Part shown: one piece after another, positions 49,957-59,757 of the stretch | Layout of the letters: the number at the start of each line of letters is the position of its first letter | Numbering within the stretch: the first letter of the stretch is position 1 | Source of the DNA: an uncultured Alphaproteobacteria bacterium | Lineage (GTDB): Bacteria; Pseudomonadota; Alphaproteobacteria; Caedimonadales; UBA9215 | Direction of reading: 5' to 3' | Assembly (NCBI GenBank): GCA_963974885.1 | Contig: CAXBEY010000002.1 | Coordinates: 1-59,784 of the forward strand | DNA: 59,784 nt | Program-made: the position numbers and the translations under genes | The notes under the pieces: generated by a model | Told to the model about the DNA's origin: nothing | What the model saw: only the letters and a program-made list of their open reading frames with translations | Database searches by the model: none

Positions 49957-50084
49957 TGTTAATCTTAACCCTATGGTGAACTATTTTTTACCTTATCAAC
50001 TCTCCTAAATGATGTAAATGCATTGGATAAGGAGAGATGTTTAGAAATTTTAATGACTGATAAAAATGGTAGGATAATACTTTA

Positions 50085-50885
50085 ATGCATGTGTCGTTCC
50101 TTAAAAAATTTACTTTTTTCCTCTGCCTTGTTGGCGGTTTTTTTCTCATGGGGTGCTCAGATGAACAAACTTCATCCGTCGATAAGGAGGGGAAAATTAT
50201 TGAAATCGTTATGGGAACGTCTGCCGATATGCCTCCATTTGAGTTCTATGAGGCCTCTGAAATTGTCGGTTACGATATTGATATTGCAAAGGCGATTGCC
50301 AAGGAAATGGGCTTTAAGCTTCAGGTGCGGGATATGGACTTTAGTGCCTTGATCCCGGCCCTTCAATCTGGGCGTGTTGACTTTGTTATGGCCTCCATGA
50401 CCCCAACGCCAGAACGTGAAAAGAGCATTGATTTTTCCGAGCCCTATTTAACATTGCCTTTGGCTGCCATGACCCTTGAGCAAGATGCGGTTACAACTCA
50501 AAAAGGATTGAGCAAAAAAAGGGTGGGCGTGCAACTAGGCTCAACACATGAACAGTTTGCAAGGGATGTTGCTAGTCGTGATAAAACCGTAAAAGTTCGG
50601 TCCCTTAATAAACTTTCAGAGCTTGTCCAAGAATTGATTTCAGGGCGTTTAGATGTGTTAATCATGGAAACAAAGACGGCCAAGGCCTTTCAACAAGTCA
50701 ACCCTAATCTAAAAGTTGCCGCCTTGGAAGACAACACGGTTTCTTTTGCACTTGCTTTTCCTAAGGATTCAAAGTGGCGGGAAAAATTTAATGTAGCCAT
50801 AGAAAAACTACAGATTTCAGGGCGTTTGGATGAAATTAGGGCTGCTTGGTTTTCCGACTATAAAAATAAATTAAAGGGCCTATGA
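50085..50885 (+). CDS. amino-acid ABC transporter substrate-binding lipoprotein
   Basis: Lipobox LMGCS and a family-3 SBP layout (GYDIDIAKAIAKEMG, DFVMASMTPTPER). Confidence 0.85.
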   Translation: MHVSFLKKFTFFLCLVGGFFLMGCSDEQTSSVDKEGKIIEIVMGTSADMPPFEFYEASEIVGYDIDIAKAIAKEMGFKLQVRDMDFSALIPALQSGRVDFVMASMTPTPEREKSIDFSEPYLTLPLAAMTLEQDAVTTQKGLSKKRVGVQLGSTHEQFARDVASRDKTVKVRSLNKLSELVQELISGRLDVLIMETKTAKAFQQVNPNLKVAALEDNTVSFALAFPKDSKWREKFNVAIEKLQISGRLDEIRAAWFSDYKNKLKGL

Positions 50886-51541
50886 TTTTTCATTTTGACC
50901 GCATTGTTGACCATATCCCTTTTATCTTAAAGGGGACTTTTGTCACGCTTCAATACACTATTTTGGCCCTCTCCATTGGCCTTGTGCTAGGGGCGGTTTT
51001 TGCCCTGATGAAGTTGTCCAAATCAGGTGTTTTGAGATCTTTTGCAACCTTTTATATCTCTATTTTTCGAGGAACACCTTTGTTGGTGCAACTCTCGTTG
51101 ATATACTTTGCAACACCTCAACTTATTGGCTATCAAATCACAGCTCTTGAAGCCGGTTTATTGGCCTTTTCCTTAAATTCAACCGCCTATGTTTCTGAAA
51201 TTATTCGAGCAGGCATTCAGGCCGTTGATAAAGGACAATTTGAAGCAGCAGAATCGTTGGCCATCCCTTACCACAAAGCGATGCTTTGCATTATTATGCC
51301 CCAAGCCATTCGCAATATTCTCCCAGCACTGGTCAATGAAGCCATTAACCTTTTAAAAGAATCAGCGCTGGTTTCCGTCATTGGTGAGATGGATTTGCTG
51401 CGTCGAGCAAACATTGTTTCTTCACAGACTTTTTTATATTTTGAACCTCTTTTATTTGTGGCTGTAGTTTACTATCTATTGGTTTCGATTTTATCGCAGC
51501 TCTCAAAACTCCTTGAAAAAAGGTTAAAGCGCAGTGATTGA
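50882..51541 (+). CDS. amino-acid ABC transporter permease (HisM/GlnP type)
   Basis: 5 TM helices and an EAA-like loop ([23 protein letters not shown]). Overlaps the neighbouring genes by 4 and 8 nt. Confidence 0.9.
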   Translation: MIFHFDRIVDHIPFILKGTFVTLQYTILALSIGLVLGAVFALMKLSKSGVLRSFATFYISIFRGTPLLVQLSLIYFATPQLIGYQITALEAGLLAFSLNSTAYVSEIIRAGIQAVDKGQFEAAESLAIPYHKAMLCIIMPQAIRNILPALVNEAINLLKESALVSVIGEMDLLRRANIVSSQTFLYFEPLLFVAVVYYLLVSILSQLSKLLEKRLKRSD

Positions 51542-52256
51542 ATTCAAAAACTTAACAAAAATCTTTTCCGGCCAAAAAGTGCTTAATGGCGTTGAAGGGC
51601 ATGTGGGAGAGGGCGCTATTGTGGCGCTTTTAGGGCCGTCTGGTTCTGGAAAGTCAACATTGTTGCGGTGTATGAATCTCCTTGATCGGCCAGAGGGGGG
51701 AGAGGTCTTTATTTCACAAGCGAACATTTTGGATCAAAAGTGTGATATTCGCCATGTCCGTGAAAATATTGGGATGGTTTTTCAGCACTTTCACTTGTTT
51801 CCCAATATGACCGTCCTTGAGAATATTGCCTTTGCGCCCCAACAGGTTCTTCATAAATCCCAAGCAGAAGCCCATGGCATTGCTGTTGATTTGTTAGAAC
51901 GTGTTGGTTTATCTGAAAAGGCTGATGCTTATCCGGCACGTCTTTCAGGGGGGCAAAAACAGCGGGTAGCCATTGCAAGATCTTTGGCCATGAATCCCAA
52001 AGTCATGCTTTTTGATGAACCAACCTCTGCCCTTGATCCTGAAATGGTGAAGGAGGTCCTTGATGTTATCCAAAGCCTTGCAAAGGATAATATGACCATG
52101 CTGATCGTTACTCATGAAATGCAGTTTGCCCGAGAAATAGCTGATGAGATCTGGTTTCTTGATGAGGGAGATATTGTCGAACGTGCGCCCCCTGAGCTTT
52201 TTTTCACAAACCCGTCTTCAAAAAGAGCCAAAGCTTTTTTAGATAAAGTTTTGTAA
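51534..52256 (+). CDS. amino-acid ABC transporter ATP-binding protein (GlnQ-like)
   Basis: Walker [10 protein letters not shown], signature LSGGQKQRV, Walker [13 protein letters not shown]-loop VTHEM. Confidence 0.95.
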   Translation: MIEFKNLTKIFSGQKVLNGVEGHVGEGAIVALLGPSGSGKSTLLRCMNLLDRPEGGEVFISQANILDQKCDIRHVRENIGMVFQHFHLFPNMTVLENIAFAPQQVLHKSQAEAHGIAVDLLERVGLSEKADAYPARLSGGQKQRVAIARSLAMNPKVMLFDEPTSALDPEMVKEVLDVIQSLAKDNMTMLIVTHEMQFAREIADEIWFLDEGDIVERAPPELFFTNPSSKRAKAFLDKVL

Positions 52257-52406
52257 TTTTTAAAAAATCTTGTTCTTTTCCTAGTAAAGAGGTATAAAAA
52301 ATTTGTTTTTGCATGCTGTCAAAGTAGGCGAAAAAATAGAAACCTTTAAAAAAAATGTGTGCCCTTGTCTTCTTTTACATTTTCTATGCCCCTTGCAAAA
52401 AGCAAA

Positions 52407-53117
52407 ATGACAGACAGCTTAAAAAAGAATGTTTTTATTACTGCAGGGAATCGTGGTATTGGCTATGCTCTTGTTGAGGCCTATCTAAAGAAAGGCTATT
52501 GCGTTTATACGACTTTTCGCAGTGTTCAGAAATCTTCACTGCTCCTGCAGAACAATCATCCCCACCTCTACAAGATTCAACTGGATATAAAAAACTCTGA
52601 TTCCTTAAGGGATATTAAGTCTTTTTTGAGTGACAGCCCCATTGACATTATGATTCATAATGCCTGTAGTTTTGGATATCAGGCCAATGAGTTAAACACT
52701 CTACAATCAGAAGAGTGGCAAGATAGCTTCTACGTTAATACTATTTTTCCGATCCAACTATCGGTGATGCTTAAGGAAAATATAAAGGGATCTCAAGATA
52801 AAAAGGTTGTTTTTATTTCTAGCCGTCGCGGTAGCAATACTGTGAATATTACCGATGCTTATAAAGGGCGCTATGCTTATCGGTCCTCAAAAGCAGCCCT
52901 TAACTCAGCGGCTTTGGCGCTTTCCCAGGATTTTTCTGATGATGAAATTTCAGTTTTAATTTTACATCCAGGGCGTGTTGCGACAGAGGTGACAAATTAT
53001 GATAGCATCTCACCGTTTAAAAGCGCGCGTCACATCGTTAAGTTGGTTGAAAAGTTAACCGTTGAAGGGACAGGACAATTTCTTTCGGCAGATAGTGGAA
53101 AAAAAATCGCGTGGTAA
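52407..53117 (+). CDS. SDR family oxidoreductase
   Basis: Cofactor motif ITAGNRGIG, NAC motif, catalytic YRSSKAALN (Y-x3-K). Start set at ATG 52407 (MTDSLKKN). Confidence 0.8.
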   Translation: MTDSLKKNVFITAGNRGIGYALVEAYLKKGYCVYTTFRSVQKSSLLLQNNHPHLYKIQLDIKNSDSLRDIKSFLSDSPIDIMIHNACSFGYQANELNTLQSEEWQDSFYVNTIFPIQLSVMLKENIKGSQDKKVVFISSRRGSNTVNITDAYKGRYAYRSSKAALNSAALALSQDFSDDEISVLILHPGRVATEVTNYDSISPFKSARHIVKLVEKLTVEGTGQFLSADSGKKIAW

Positions 53118-53219
53118 TTTATAGCCCTTTCTCTTAATGCCAAAGAAAGCGTTAGGAAAAATGTAAAATTTCCCTTGCCAAAAGGCATATTTTTTCTTAT
53201 GGTAAGATCATCCAAATGT

Positions 53220-53295
53220 GGGGCCATAGCTCAGCTGGGAGAGCGCTACAGTGGCACTGTAGAGGTCAGGAGTTCGATCCTCCTTGGCTCCACCA
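53220..53295 (+). tRNA. tRNA-Ala (GGC)
   Basis: 76-nt cloverleaf GGGGCCATAGCTCAGCTGGGAGAGCG... Anticodon loop is GTGGCAC, the G3:U70 identity pair is present and CCA is encoded. Confidence 0.9.
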
Positions 53296-53601
53296 TTTTT
53301 ACCATTTCCCAATATTTTCAATTGAAATTAAACGCCCTTCTTGCTTTGCATGGTGAGTTCTTCTGCCCGACAAAAAAGGCTCAATTCATTTCTTTTGTTC
53401 ATATTTTCTTAAACCACTTTTTATCATAGGTAGATGATCTCTTAATCACGATCGCCTAGCTTTATTTTTGCCAAAATGAAGCCCATCCTATCTCTTTAAT
53501 ATCAGCGCCTTGGGGCATTTATTTGCCGCGGGGGTGGGATTTTTGTCAAGTAATTTATATAAATCATAAATAAGTTATTTGTCTTTTTATCGTTATTTTT
53601 A

Positions 53602-53630
53602 TTGACATATATCAAGAGGTTTTGTTTATT
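53602..53630 (+). promoter_or_regulatory. candidate sigma70-type promoter upstream of the giant ORF
   Basis: TTGACA (53602-53607), a 17-nt spacer, then TTTATT (53625-53630). This implies a 5' leader of about 155 nt. It is a pattern match only. Confidence 0.25.
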
Positions 53631-53790
53631 AGTTTTGTCTTCAGGGGCAAAAATTCTGGTTTAGGGTCAAAGACTTTTAACGCAGATAAGGGAGGCCCTG
53701 ATGGATTAAGCCCAGAAAGGTAAAACCACCAGAAGAGTAACAAAAATACCAAAGGGTATTTTTAAAAAATTAAATAGGAAGTAGCGTAAA

Positions 53791-56700
53791 ATGCGTAATA
53801 TATCGTTGTCAAAATATCTCTCTAAATCTGTTCACCTTTTTACCATTTTCGTTTATCTTTTTACCTTCCTTGGTCCAAGCCTTGCTCTGGCAAGCCATGC
53901 CCCTACCTATGCGGAAACCGTCAATGGAGAGTCTGAAAAACCTCGCGCTAAAACCACCCCCTCCACGCCGCCAAAAAGCGCCTTTACGGGAAAATCGCAC
54001 ACCTTCGATGACCTTCCCTCAGCCCTTCAAGACACCTATCATCGCTTTACTTTAAAGGTTTCTCAAGATCCTTTAAGTGGGGGCATTCACTTCCGCCTAC
54101 GAGATTTTGAAGGCACAAGGAACCTTTTCCATCACGTGCTGCCCAATGATAAAAAGGACTCTCCTTTTACGCCCCTCCTAGAAGACGGAACCCACACAGG
54201 CTTTACCGTAGATGTGCCCGATGTTGGACAGATTCAATGCGATTGGCAAGGGAACTTAAAGCTGGTCGGTCTCCATAGGATCTCCCCTGAAACGGCTCCC
54301 CTTGCTTTGCTCTTAGCCACCGATGGCAGCGTTGATTTTTCAGATATTACCTTTAAAAATTTAGCCCTCCATGCCAAGAACGTAACCTTTGTGCAGGGTA
54401 TTAAAATCCAAGAAGAGTCTGTTTTTGATATTGACGTCCTTGACCTAGCTGAGTCTGGTTTTGAAAACACAAAGTTGATGAGTTTTCTATCAAAAACACG
54501 GTTTATTTCTAAGAAACGTTGGCGTAACAAAGGGAAAATTGTGGGGGAAAAATCCCTTGATTTTGATCGCTGTATGTTTTCAAATCCGGGGATTGTTTAT
54601 GGCAAAGACCATTTAACTCTTTCCTCCGGTTTCTTTGATAATGATGGAGGCGCCTTTCATGGAGAGAAGGGGACCAGCCTTAACCTAACGCGTTATTTTT
54701 ATAACAAGAGAGGCGGAAAGGTTTCCTCTGGCAAGGTCACCCATGTTCATTTTCATAAAAAACAAGAGGGTGATCTTGGAGACATCCACGGAGAAGAAGT
54801 TGTTTTAGAGGATTTATCTGGGGGGTTTCATTTTTCTTTGCAAAAGGGCCGCGTTGAAGCCACCCACAGCACCACACTGATCGGCAAACATCCAAGCACA
54901 AAAGGCGTTGATTTTGTGACCCCTCAGTTGATTTTGGATGCCCCTGATTTTTCTTTAGGCAAACAAAAGCATGTTGAGCGCACCGTTGTTAAGCGCTCTA
55001 AAGGTCAATTTTTTACGTTGACCAGCCCTTATAAAACCGCCGGCACCTTGGAGTTCTGGCAAAAAGACCTCACCACACGAAAAGCCGTTCAAGCTGCCAT
55101 GTTGGCCCGCTTTGGCGATGAAAAAGGCAAGATGCCTGCACCCCATGGGAAGATCAGTTTACAATCTTCTGTGAAGGCCGCTGGAGGACTGAAATTCTTC
55201 ACCCCCCATGCCAAAGTCTCCTTGGGCGACGAGACAAAAGAAGCTCTCCTTGAGTTTTTCCATAAACAAGGATGGCTCGAAGCTTATGCCACAGAGTTTG
55301 ACCTTGAAAAAGGCACCCTTGTTGCCGAAAATGCCTATATCCACGCCCCGGGCAGTATTAAAATGGGGCGTTTGGTGAAAGACGAAAACGAGGATCTCTT
55401 TTCCCAAAAACTTTATAAGAAAAATGGCAGCACCGTTCTCGTTCGGGGCACCACAACCTTACGGGGCCCGTGGCACCACCGAGCCGATTTTTTAACGTCT
55501 TTCCTTATTCTAAATTCCCCAAAGGATCATCTCTTTGAAGCGGGCTCTGCCCGAGTACTGAAAGATTGCACACTCAAAGGCGGCGGTGATTTAGACTTAA
55601 TGCGCAAAAGGACAGAAATATTTATATTGCGTCCAAACCTTTCTAGCGGCCATGGAACCAGGGAACGTCTAATTTCTTTTATCAGCGGAGCACCTGCAGA
55701 ATTTTTGGTTGGAAATTATTTTAATAATGATGGTCAGGTGAATAACCATTCCTCTATTATGCATGCCTATAACGTGAAAGAGGCGCACAAAATTAAAAAC
55801 ATTGATATAGAGGCCTGTAATACTAATCTCAATTCACAACATATAAAATACCAGTTTAATTATTTTAATTCTTATTTTCCGATTAGTTTTAAAGAAATGG
55901 TGACTGACCCCTTTCATAATTTTAAGGGTTTTTCTTTCAAACAAAGCAGGGGCTTAGATCAATACATTGGTTCCGGTCTTTTTTCCGGCATGATGTTGGG
56001 GGTATTTGCAGCCCTACAGGAAGGCTTGAATGGCAATGGAGCCGTCACCTACCCCGCCCAGACAAGCTTTGGCGAAGGGGTAACCGTCTCCCCCAATGAA
56101 GAGGGCAAGACAACCCTTGGAGGGAACTTCCAAGCGCCGGCCACCATTGTCCTCATTCCCACAGGAAGTGCCGAGATTGGCACGAGGCCCAGTGCCACAC
56201 TTCAAAAGGTTCATACCCACAGCCCCTTGCAATCTCTGGTGCCCGAGGCCTTTAACCTTCATACCCTCACCATGGCGGAGCACCTCCGCGACCTTATGGC
56301 GGAACAACCAGAGGTGGAGACCTTCTTTAAGTTCCATCCGCGCTTTTGGTTCGAGGCTGATAAAGCTCAACAATTCCATAATAAACTCCGCCCTTATGTG
56401 CGGGCTCAACGTCCCCAGGGTGGCTTTTATACCCCTGAAGGACAGGTGCTTTTCACCATTAGCCCCGACATGCTCATAAGCCAAGTTCAAGACCAAGCCC
56501 TTAAGGTTTTTGGCCGCGGCACCATTGAGGACAATCGTAAAATCGATGAAGAACAAATCCTTGAATTACATCAAAACTTTGTTAATTATTTGAAGGAACT
56601 TGAGGAAGTCTATGACCCTGAAACCGGCAAGAAAATCACCCTCCCCGTTGGCCCTCTTTCCTTAGCATCTTTGGGCCAACATAACAGCCGTCCTGCCCCC

Positions 56701-59700
56701 AAAAAGCCTTGTATTGCTTATGCGGCGGCCATGAATGAGGAAGGAATCCTCGAGCTTTCTCCGATGATTTGGATGCCAAAGAAAATGCATGCTAAGCATG
56801 GCATTACAACTCAGCTGCTCTTGAGCATTCCCCAGGGCATGAGGTTCAAAGACTTTTTAGCTTATGCCATGAGAAACCCCCTGCTCGCTGCTGGGACTGA
56901 GAAACTCATCACCGATCACCCCCATATGATCTCCCAATTGGATGAAGCCGCTGAGCGTTATCGCGACGAAAATAAAATTAGCGAAGACGATGAACTGCCC
57001 AAAGCTGGGCCCGTGACCTTTGAAGGAGACATTGACGCAAAGACGTTCATGGGCTTCAACACGGGAGACGTTATTTCTCACGCGGACATTACAGCGGAGG
57101 ATGCGTCTTTAGTTTCTCTTTTTGGCAGTGTGATCATGAGCTCTCTTGTGGGGCGTGAGGGGTCTGGGGATCATTTTCACGATAAAATTGTGGCCCAAGC
57201 CCGTATCAAAGCGGACAAGCTCATCAACATATTCGCCGGCCAAGATATTATCTTCCAAGGGGCTGAAACCATTTCAGAGGTCTCGACCCACATTTTGGCT
57301 CTGGCGAATCTTATTGACGTTCCAGCGGTCCTCATCAGCCAACGCACACAACAACTCAGCGGCAAATACAAAGGCTCAGAAACCTGGATACACGTCCACA
57401 ACCATGTCTCAAAACACAGCTCCGGGGGCGAATACGATCAACAAACCCTTGGCGCCCAAGATCTTCATGGTGTGGAATACGATGCAGGGAAATTGAAAAT
57501 CACCGGCAAGGGTAAAGTAAACTTTGCGGCTGTTTTTGAGCAACTTATCCACAGCTCTCAGGGGACGAAAAAGTCCCGTTTCAAAACCAAAAACCGCCAA
57601 GAAACCACCAGCACATCAACGTCAAAGGGGGGCGTTATTGGCTCTCGTGATGCGGCAGCTGAAATCACCAGCGAGGACAGCGATTTGATCTTTGAGGCTA
57701 TTGCCTTTAAGGGGAAATACGGCGCCATTATTAAAGCCCTCAAAGGGCGGGTTGAGTTTCTCTTGGGTCATAATACCAAAAATGTGTCCTCCATGAGCAG
57801 CTCTAGCGATCCGATGTGGATGAAGAGCACGCAAAAAACAGAAGAGCACCTCACCTTTACCATACCCACAACGGAAGGACCCATTAAGGTTCATTCCCTA
57901 GAAACTCTTCTCCAATCCGTTGATGGCCAGCACCTTGCGTTCTTGGATGACCTCGATCTGACGGAAGGGGGATCCTTGATCAGCCAAGTCATCAAAGAAA
58001 TCCACGAAAGCCATTCAAAAACAGTCCAAGGCCCCGGTATGGCTTTGGCGGTTATCGTTGCCGTTGTTGTGACCTGCTGCACCGGTGGTGCTGGGGGGCC
58101 TATTGCGGGCGCCCTTGCCAATGCCCTTGGAGGATTCATGAGTGCTGCCCTAGCACAGGCTTTATCCGTGGCCTTCGTGGCGGCTCTTGATACAGCTCTT
58201 ACAAATCTAACCCTAGACACCATGTCCAATGGGGGCAATGTTGGCAAGGGCCTTAAGCAAATGGGCAGCAAGAAAAACCTTAAAGCCATGGGAACGGCTG
58301 CGTTAAAATCTGGTGGCGGTAAGGCTAATACGGCCATAGGGGCTGTTGGTGAAAAAATCGTGCAATCTGCTATGAATGCTGGCATAGATACGGCCATTAA
58401 TGGCGGTAAATTTGGCAAACATTTTACAACAAACCTGAAATATGCTGGCGCCTCGTTGTTTGTGGATGGCGTTATTGATGAAGTTTCAGGGAGTGCAAGC
58501 AACGATAACAAGGCCCAACAAGGCCCACCTCTTGATTTTGGTGAGCGCGCTCAGGAATTCATTGGAAGTGCAGCCTTAAACGTCGGGCGTCAATTTGCGG
58601 TGAATAGCCTGGCGGGAGAAGACCCCAAGGATGCGTTTATCAAAGCTGCAGCGGCTTTCGCGGCTCACGTTGCTTGCTTCGGTATTGCCTCTGGCTTCGA
58701 TGGCCTTAAGGGCTTTTTTGCCAACGATAACGATGCAGAAGACAACCATAAATCCCGCGGTGCGTCTTCTTCCGAGGGGCGTCCTCAAACGCCAGAAGAA
58801 CGCGCTCAAGAAGAACGAGAACGCCGCGACCAATCTCTCCACGACATCATCGATGGCATCGACTATGAGGAAGAAAGCACCCGCGAGGGTGATGGCCCCC
58901 GCAAAGGAAAAACCCGCCAAGATGGAAAAACAAAACCTTCTTCTACGAGGCCTACAAAAGGTGACGATATACCTTTTGATTTTTCCTTTGCAACAAGTCA
59001 AAGTGTGTGGGATGGCATTGTCGATGAAGAAGAAAAAATTCAGGATGATAGCGGCATTAGTTACCGTTTTTCAGGTGAGAAGCGTGGGCGTTCCAGTGAA
59101 CGTGTAGAGACTTCTTCACGCTCAAGAAGCTATAGCCCACCACGTATAAAAGATACCTACTATGAAGAAGGCACAGATTGGTTCAGCTTAAAAGTACGAA
59201 GTGCTTATGAAGCAAAAGAGCGTATTAGCATTGAGAATTTTGATCCCAATGATCTTTTGCCGGCCTTTGGGGCTCTGAGCATTGATGGTGTTATTTTAGT
59301 CAATGACGGCCTTGATAAGGTGACTCTTGGCGGTTGGTCTACCGTTACCGAGTTTTTAGATAAGGTCGCCAATGGAGCAAGAACTTATACACGTCGAGGG
59401 TCTCGTTTTGTTTCAGGAGATCAGCGGTCTGCTCAAAACCTCGGGGACGGTGTTTATGTTGTCCTAAGCGTTGTTGGTGGAAAAGGCCTTAAATCGATCA
59501 AGCTCTTCAAAAAAATGGGCAATGCAGTAAAAAACCTGAGAAAAGCTAAAACAGCGGAAGCGGCTAGATTTTGGGATAAAAAACCTATAAATTTTAAGGG
59601 AAACAAGATTTTTCAACGTGATGATTTAATTAGGCCAGATTTTCTTACTGGAACAAAAGGACTTACGAATTTAGACAGAATGAAATTAGGAAGGGCTCCG

Positions 59701-59757
59701 CTTAGTTTAGATGGTAATCCTATTAACTTGGTAAGCGACTCAGGAAGCCCACCCTGA
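53791..59757 (+). CDS. giant secreted CdiA/FhaB-like polymorphic-toxin-type protein (1988 aa)
   Basis: Single uninterrupted ORF with signal peptide ...LGPSLALA/SH. The N-terminal half is long and predicted to be beta-rich. A Gly/Ala-rich DUF637-like block follows (GPGMALAVIVAVVVTCCTGGAGG...NGGNVGKGLKQMGSKKNLKAMGTAALKSGG), then a charged linker and a C-terminal nuclease-toxin-like lead-in. The coding call is confident; the function is inferred. Confidence 0.85.
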   Translation: MRNISLSKYLSKSVHLFTIFVYLFTFLGPSLALASHAPTYAETVNGESEKPRAKTTPSTPPKSAFTGKSHTFDDLPSALQDTYHRFTLKVSQDPLSGGIHFRLRDFEGTRNLFHHVLPNDKKDSPFTPLLEDGTHTGFTVDVPDVGQIQCDWQGNLKLVGLHRISPETAPLALLLATDGSVDFSDITFKNLALHAKNVTFVQGIKIQEESVFDIDVLDLAESGFENTKLMSFLSKTRFISKKRWRNKGKIVGEKSLDFDRCMFSNPGIVYGKDHLTLSSGFFDNDGGAFHGEKGTSLNLTRYFYNKRGGKVSSGKVTHVHFHKKQEGDLGDIHGEEVVLEDLSGGFHFSLQKGRVEATHSTTLIGKHPSTKGVDFVTPQLILDAPDFSLGKQKHVERTVVKRSKGQFFTLTSPYKTAGTLEFWQKDLTTRKAVQAAMLARFGDEKGKMPAPHGKISLQSSVKAAGGLKFFTPHAKVSLGDETKEALLEFFHKQGWLEAYATEFDLEKGTLVAENAYIHAPGSIKMGRLVKDENEDLFSQKLYKKNGSTVLVRGTTTLRGPWHHRADFLTSFLILNSPKDHLFEAGSARVLKDCTLKGGGDLDLMRKRTEIFILRPNLSSGHGTRERLISFISGAPAEFLVGNYFNNDGQVNNHSSIMHAYNVKEAHKIKNIDIEACNTNLNSQHIKYQFNYFNSYFPISFKEMVTDPFHNFKGFSFKQSRGLDQYIGSGLFSGMMLGVFAALQEGLNGNGAVTYPAQTSFGEGVTVSPNEEGKTTLGGNFQAPATIVLIPTGSAEIGTRPSATLQKVHTHSPLQSLVPEAFNLHTLTMAEHLRDLMAEQPEVETFFKFHPRFWFEADKAQQFHNKLRPYVRAQRPQGGFYTPEGQVLFTISPDMLISQVQDQALKVFGRGTIEDNRKIDEEQILELHQNFVNYLKELEEVYDPETGKKITLPVGPLSLASLGQHNSRPAPKKPCIAYAAAMNEEGILELSPMIWMPKKMHAKHGITTQLLLSIPQGMRFKDFLAYAMRNPLLAAGTEKLITDHPHMISQLDEAAERYRDENKISEDDELPKAGPVTFEGDIDAKTFMGFNTGDVISHADITAEDASLVSLFGSVIMSSLVGREGSGDHFHDKIVAQARIKADKLINIFAGQDIIFQGAETISEVSTHILALANLIDVPAVLISQRTQQLSGKYKGSETWIHVHNHVSKHSSGGEYDQQTLGAQDLHGVEYDAGKLKITGKGKVNFAAVFEQLIHSSQGTKKSRFKTKNRQETTSTSTSKGGVIGSRDAAAEITSEDSDLIFEAIAFKGKYGAIIKALKGRVEFLLGHNTKNVSSMSSSSDPMWMKSTQKTEEHLTFTIPTTEGPIKVHSLETLLQSVDGQHLAFLDDLDLTEGGSLISQVIKEIHESHSKTVQGPGMALAVIVAVVVTCCTGGAGGPIAGALANALGGFMSAALAQALSVAFVAALDTALTNLTLDTMSNGGNVGKGLKQMGSKKNLKAMGTAALKSGGGKANTAIGAVGEKIVQSAMNAGIDTAINGGKFGKHFTTNLKYAGASLFVDGVIDEVSGSASNDNKAQQGPPLDFGERAQEFIGSAALNVGRQFAVNSLAGEDPKDAFIKAAAAFAAHVACFGIASGFDGLKGFFANDNDAEDNHKSRGASSSEGRPQTPEERAQEERERRDQSLHDIIDGIDYEEESTREGDGPRKGKTRQDGKTKPSSTRPTKGDDIPFDFSFATSQSVWDGIVDEEEKIQDDSGISYRFSGEKRGRSSERVETSSRSRSYSPPRIKDTYYEEGTDWFSLKVRSAYEAKERISIENFDPNDLLPAFGALSIDGVILVNDGLDKVTLGGWSTVTEFLDKVANGARTYTRRGSRFVSGDQRSAQNLGDGVYVVLSVVGGKGLKSIKLFKKMGNAVKNLRKAKTAEAARFWDKKPINFKGNKIFQRDDLIRPDFLTGTKGLTNLDRMKLGRAPLSLDGNPINLVSDSGSPP

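Noticed and set aside
53175-53429. 84-aa ORF across the tRNA-Ala locus.
   Set aside because: It reads through a canonical 76-nt tRNA-Ala cloverleaf, so it is spurious.
53791-54700. A canonical TPS secretion domain (NPNL / NPNGI motifs) at the N-terminus of the giant protein.
   Set aside because: I found only one weak NPNGI-like remnant (SNPGIVYG) and no NPNL motif or extended signal peptide. I therefore do not call a TPS domain and leave the secretion route open.
56014-59107. Several long internal or antisense ORFs within the giant gene (56014-56556, 56096-56479, 57891-58511, 58576-59001, 58631-59107).
   Set aside because: All lie inside one uninterrupted 5.97-kb reading frame. The longest (206 aa, Pro/Ala-rich) is simply the reverse complement of the Gly/Ala-rich coding segment.
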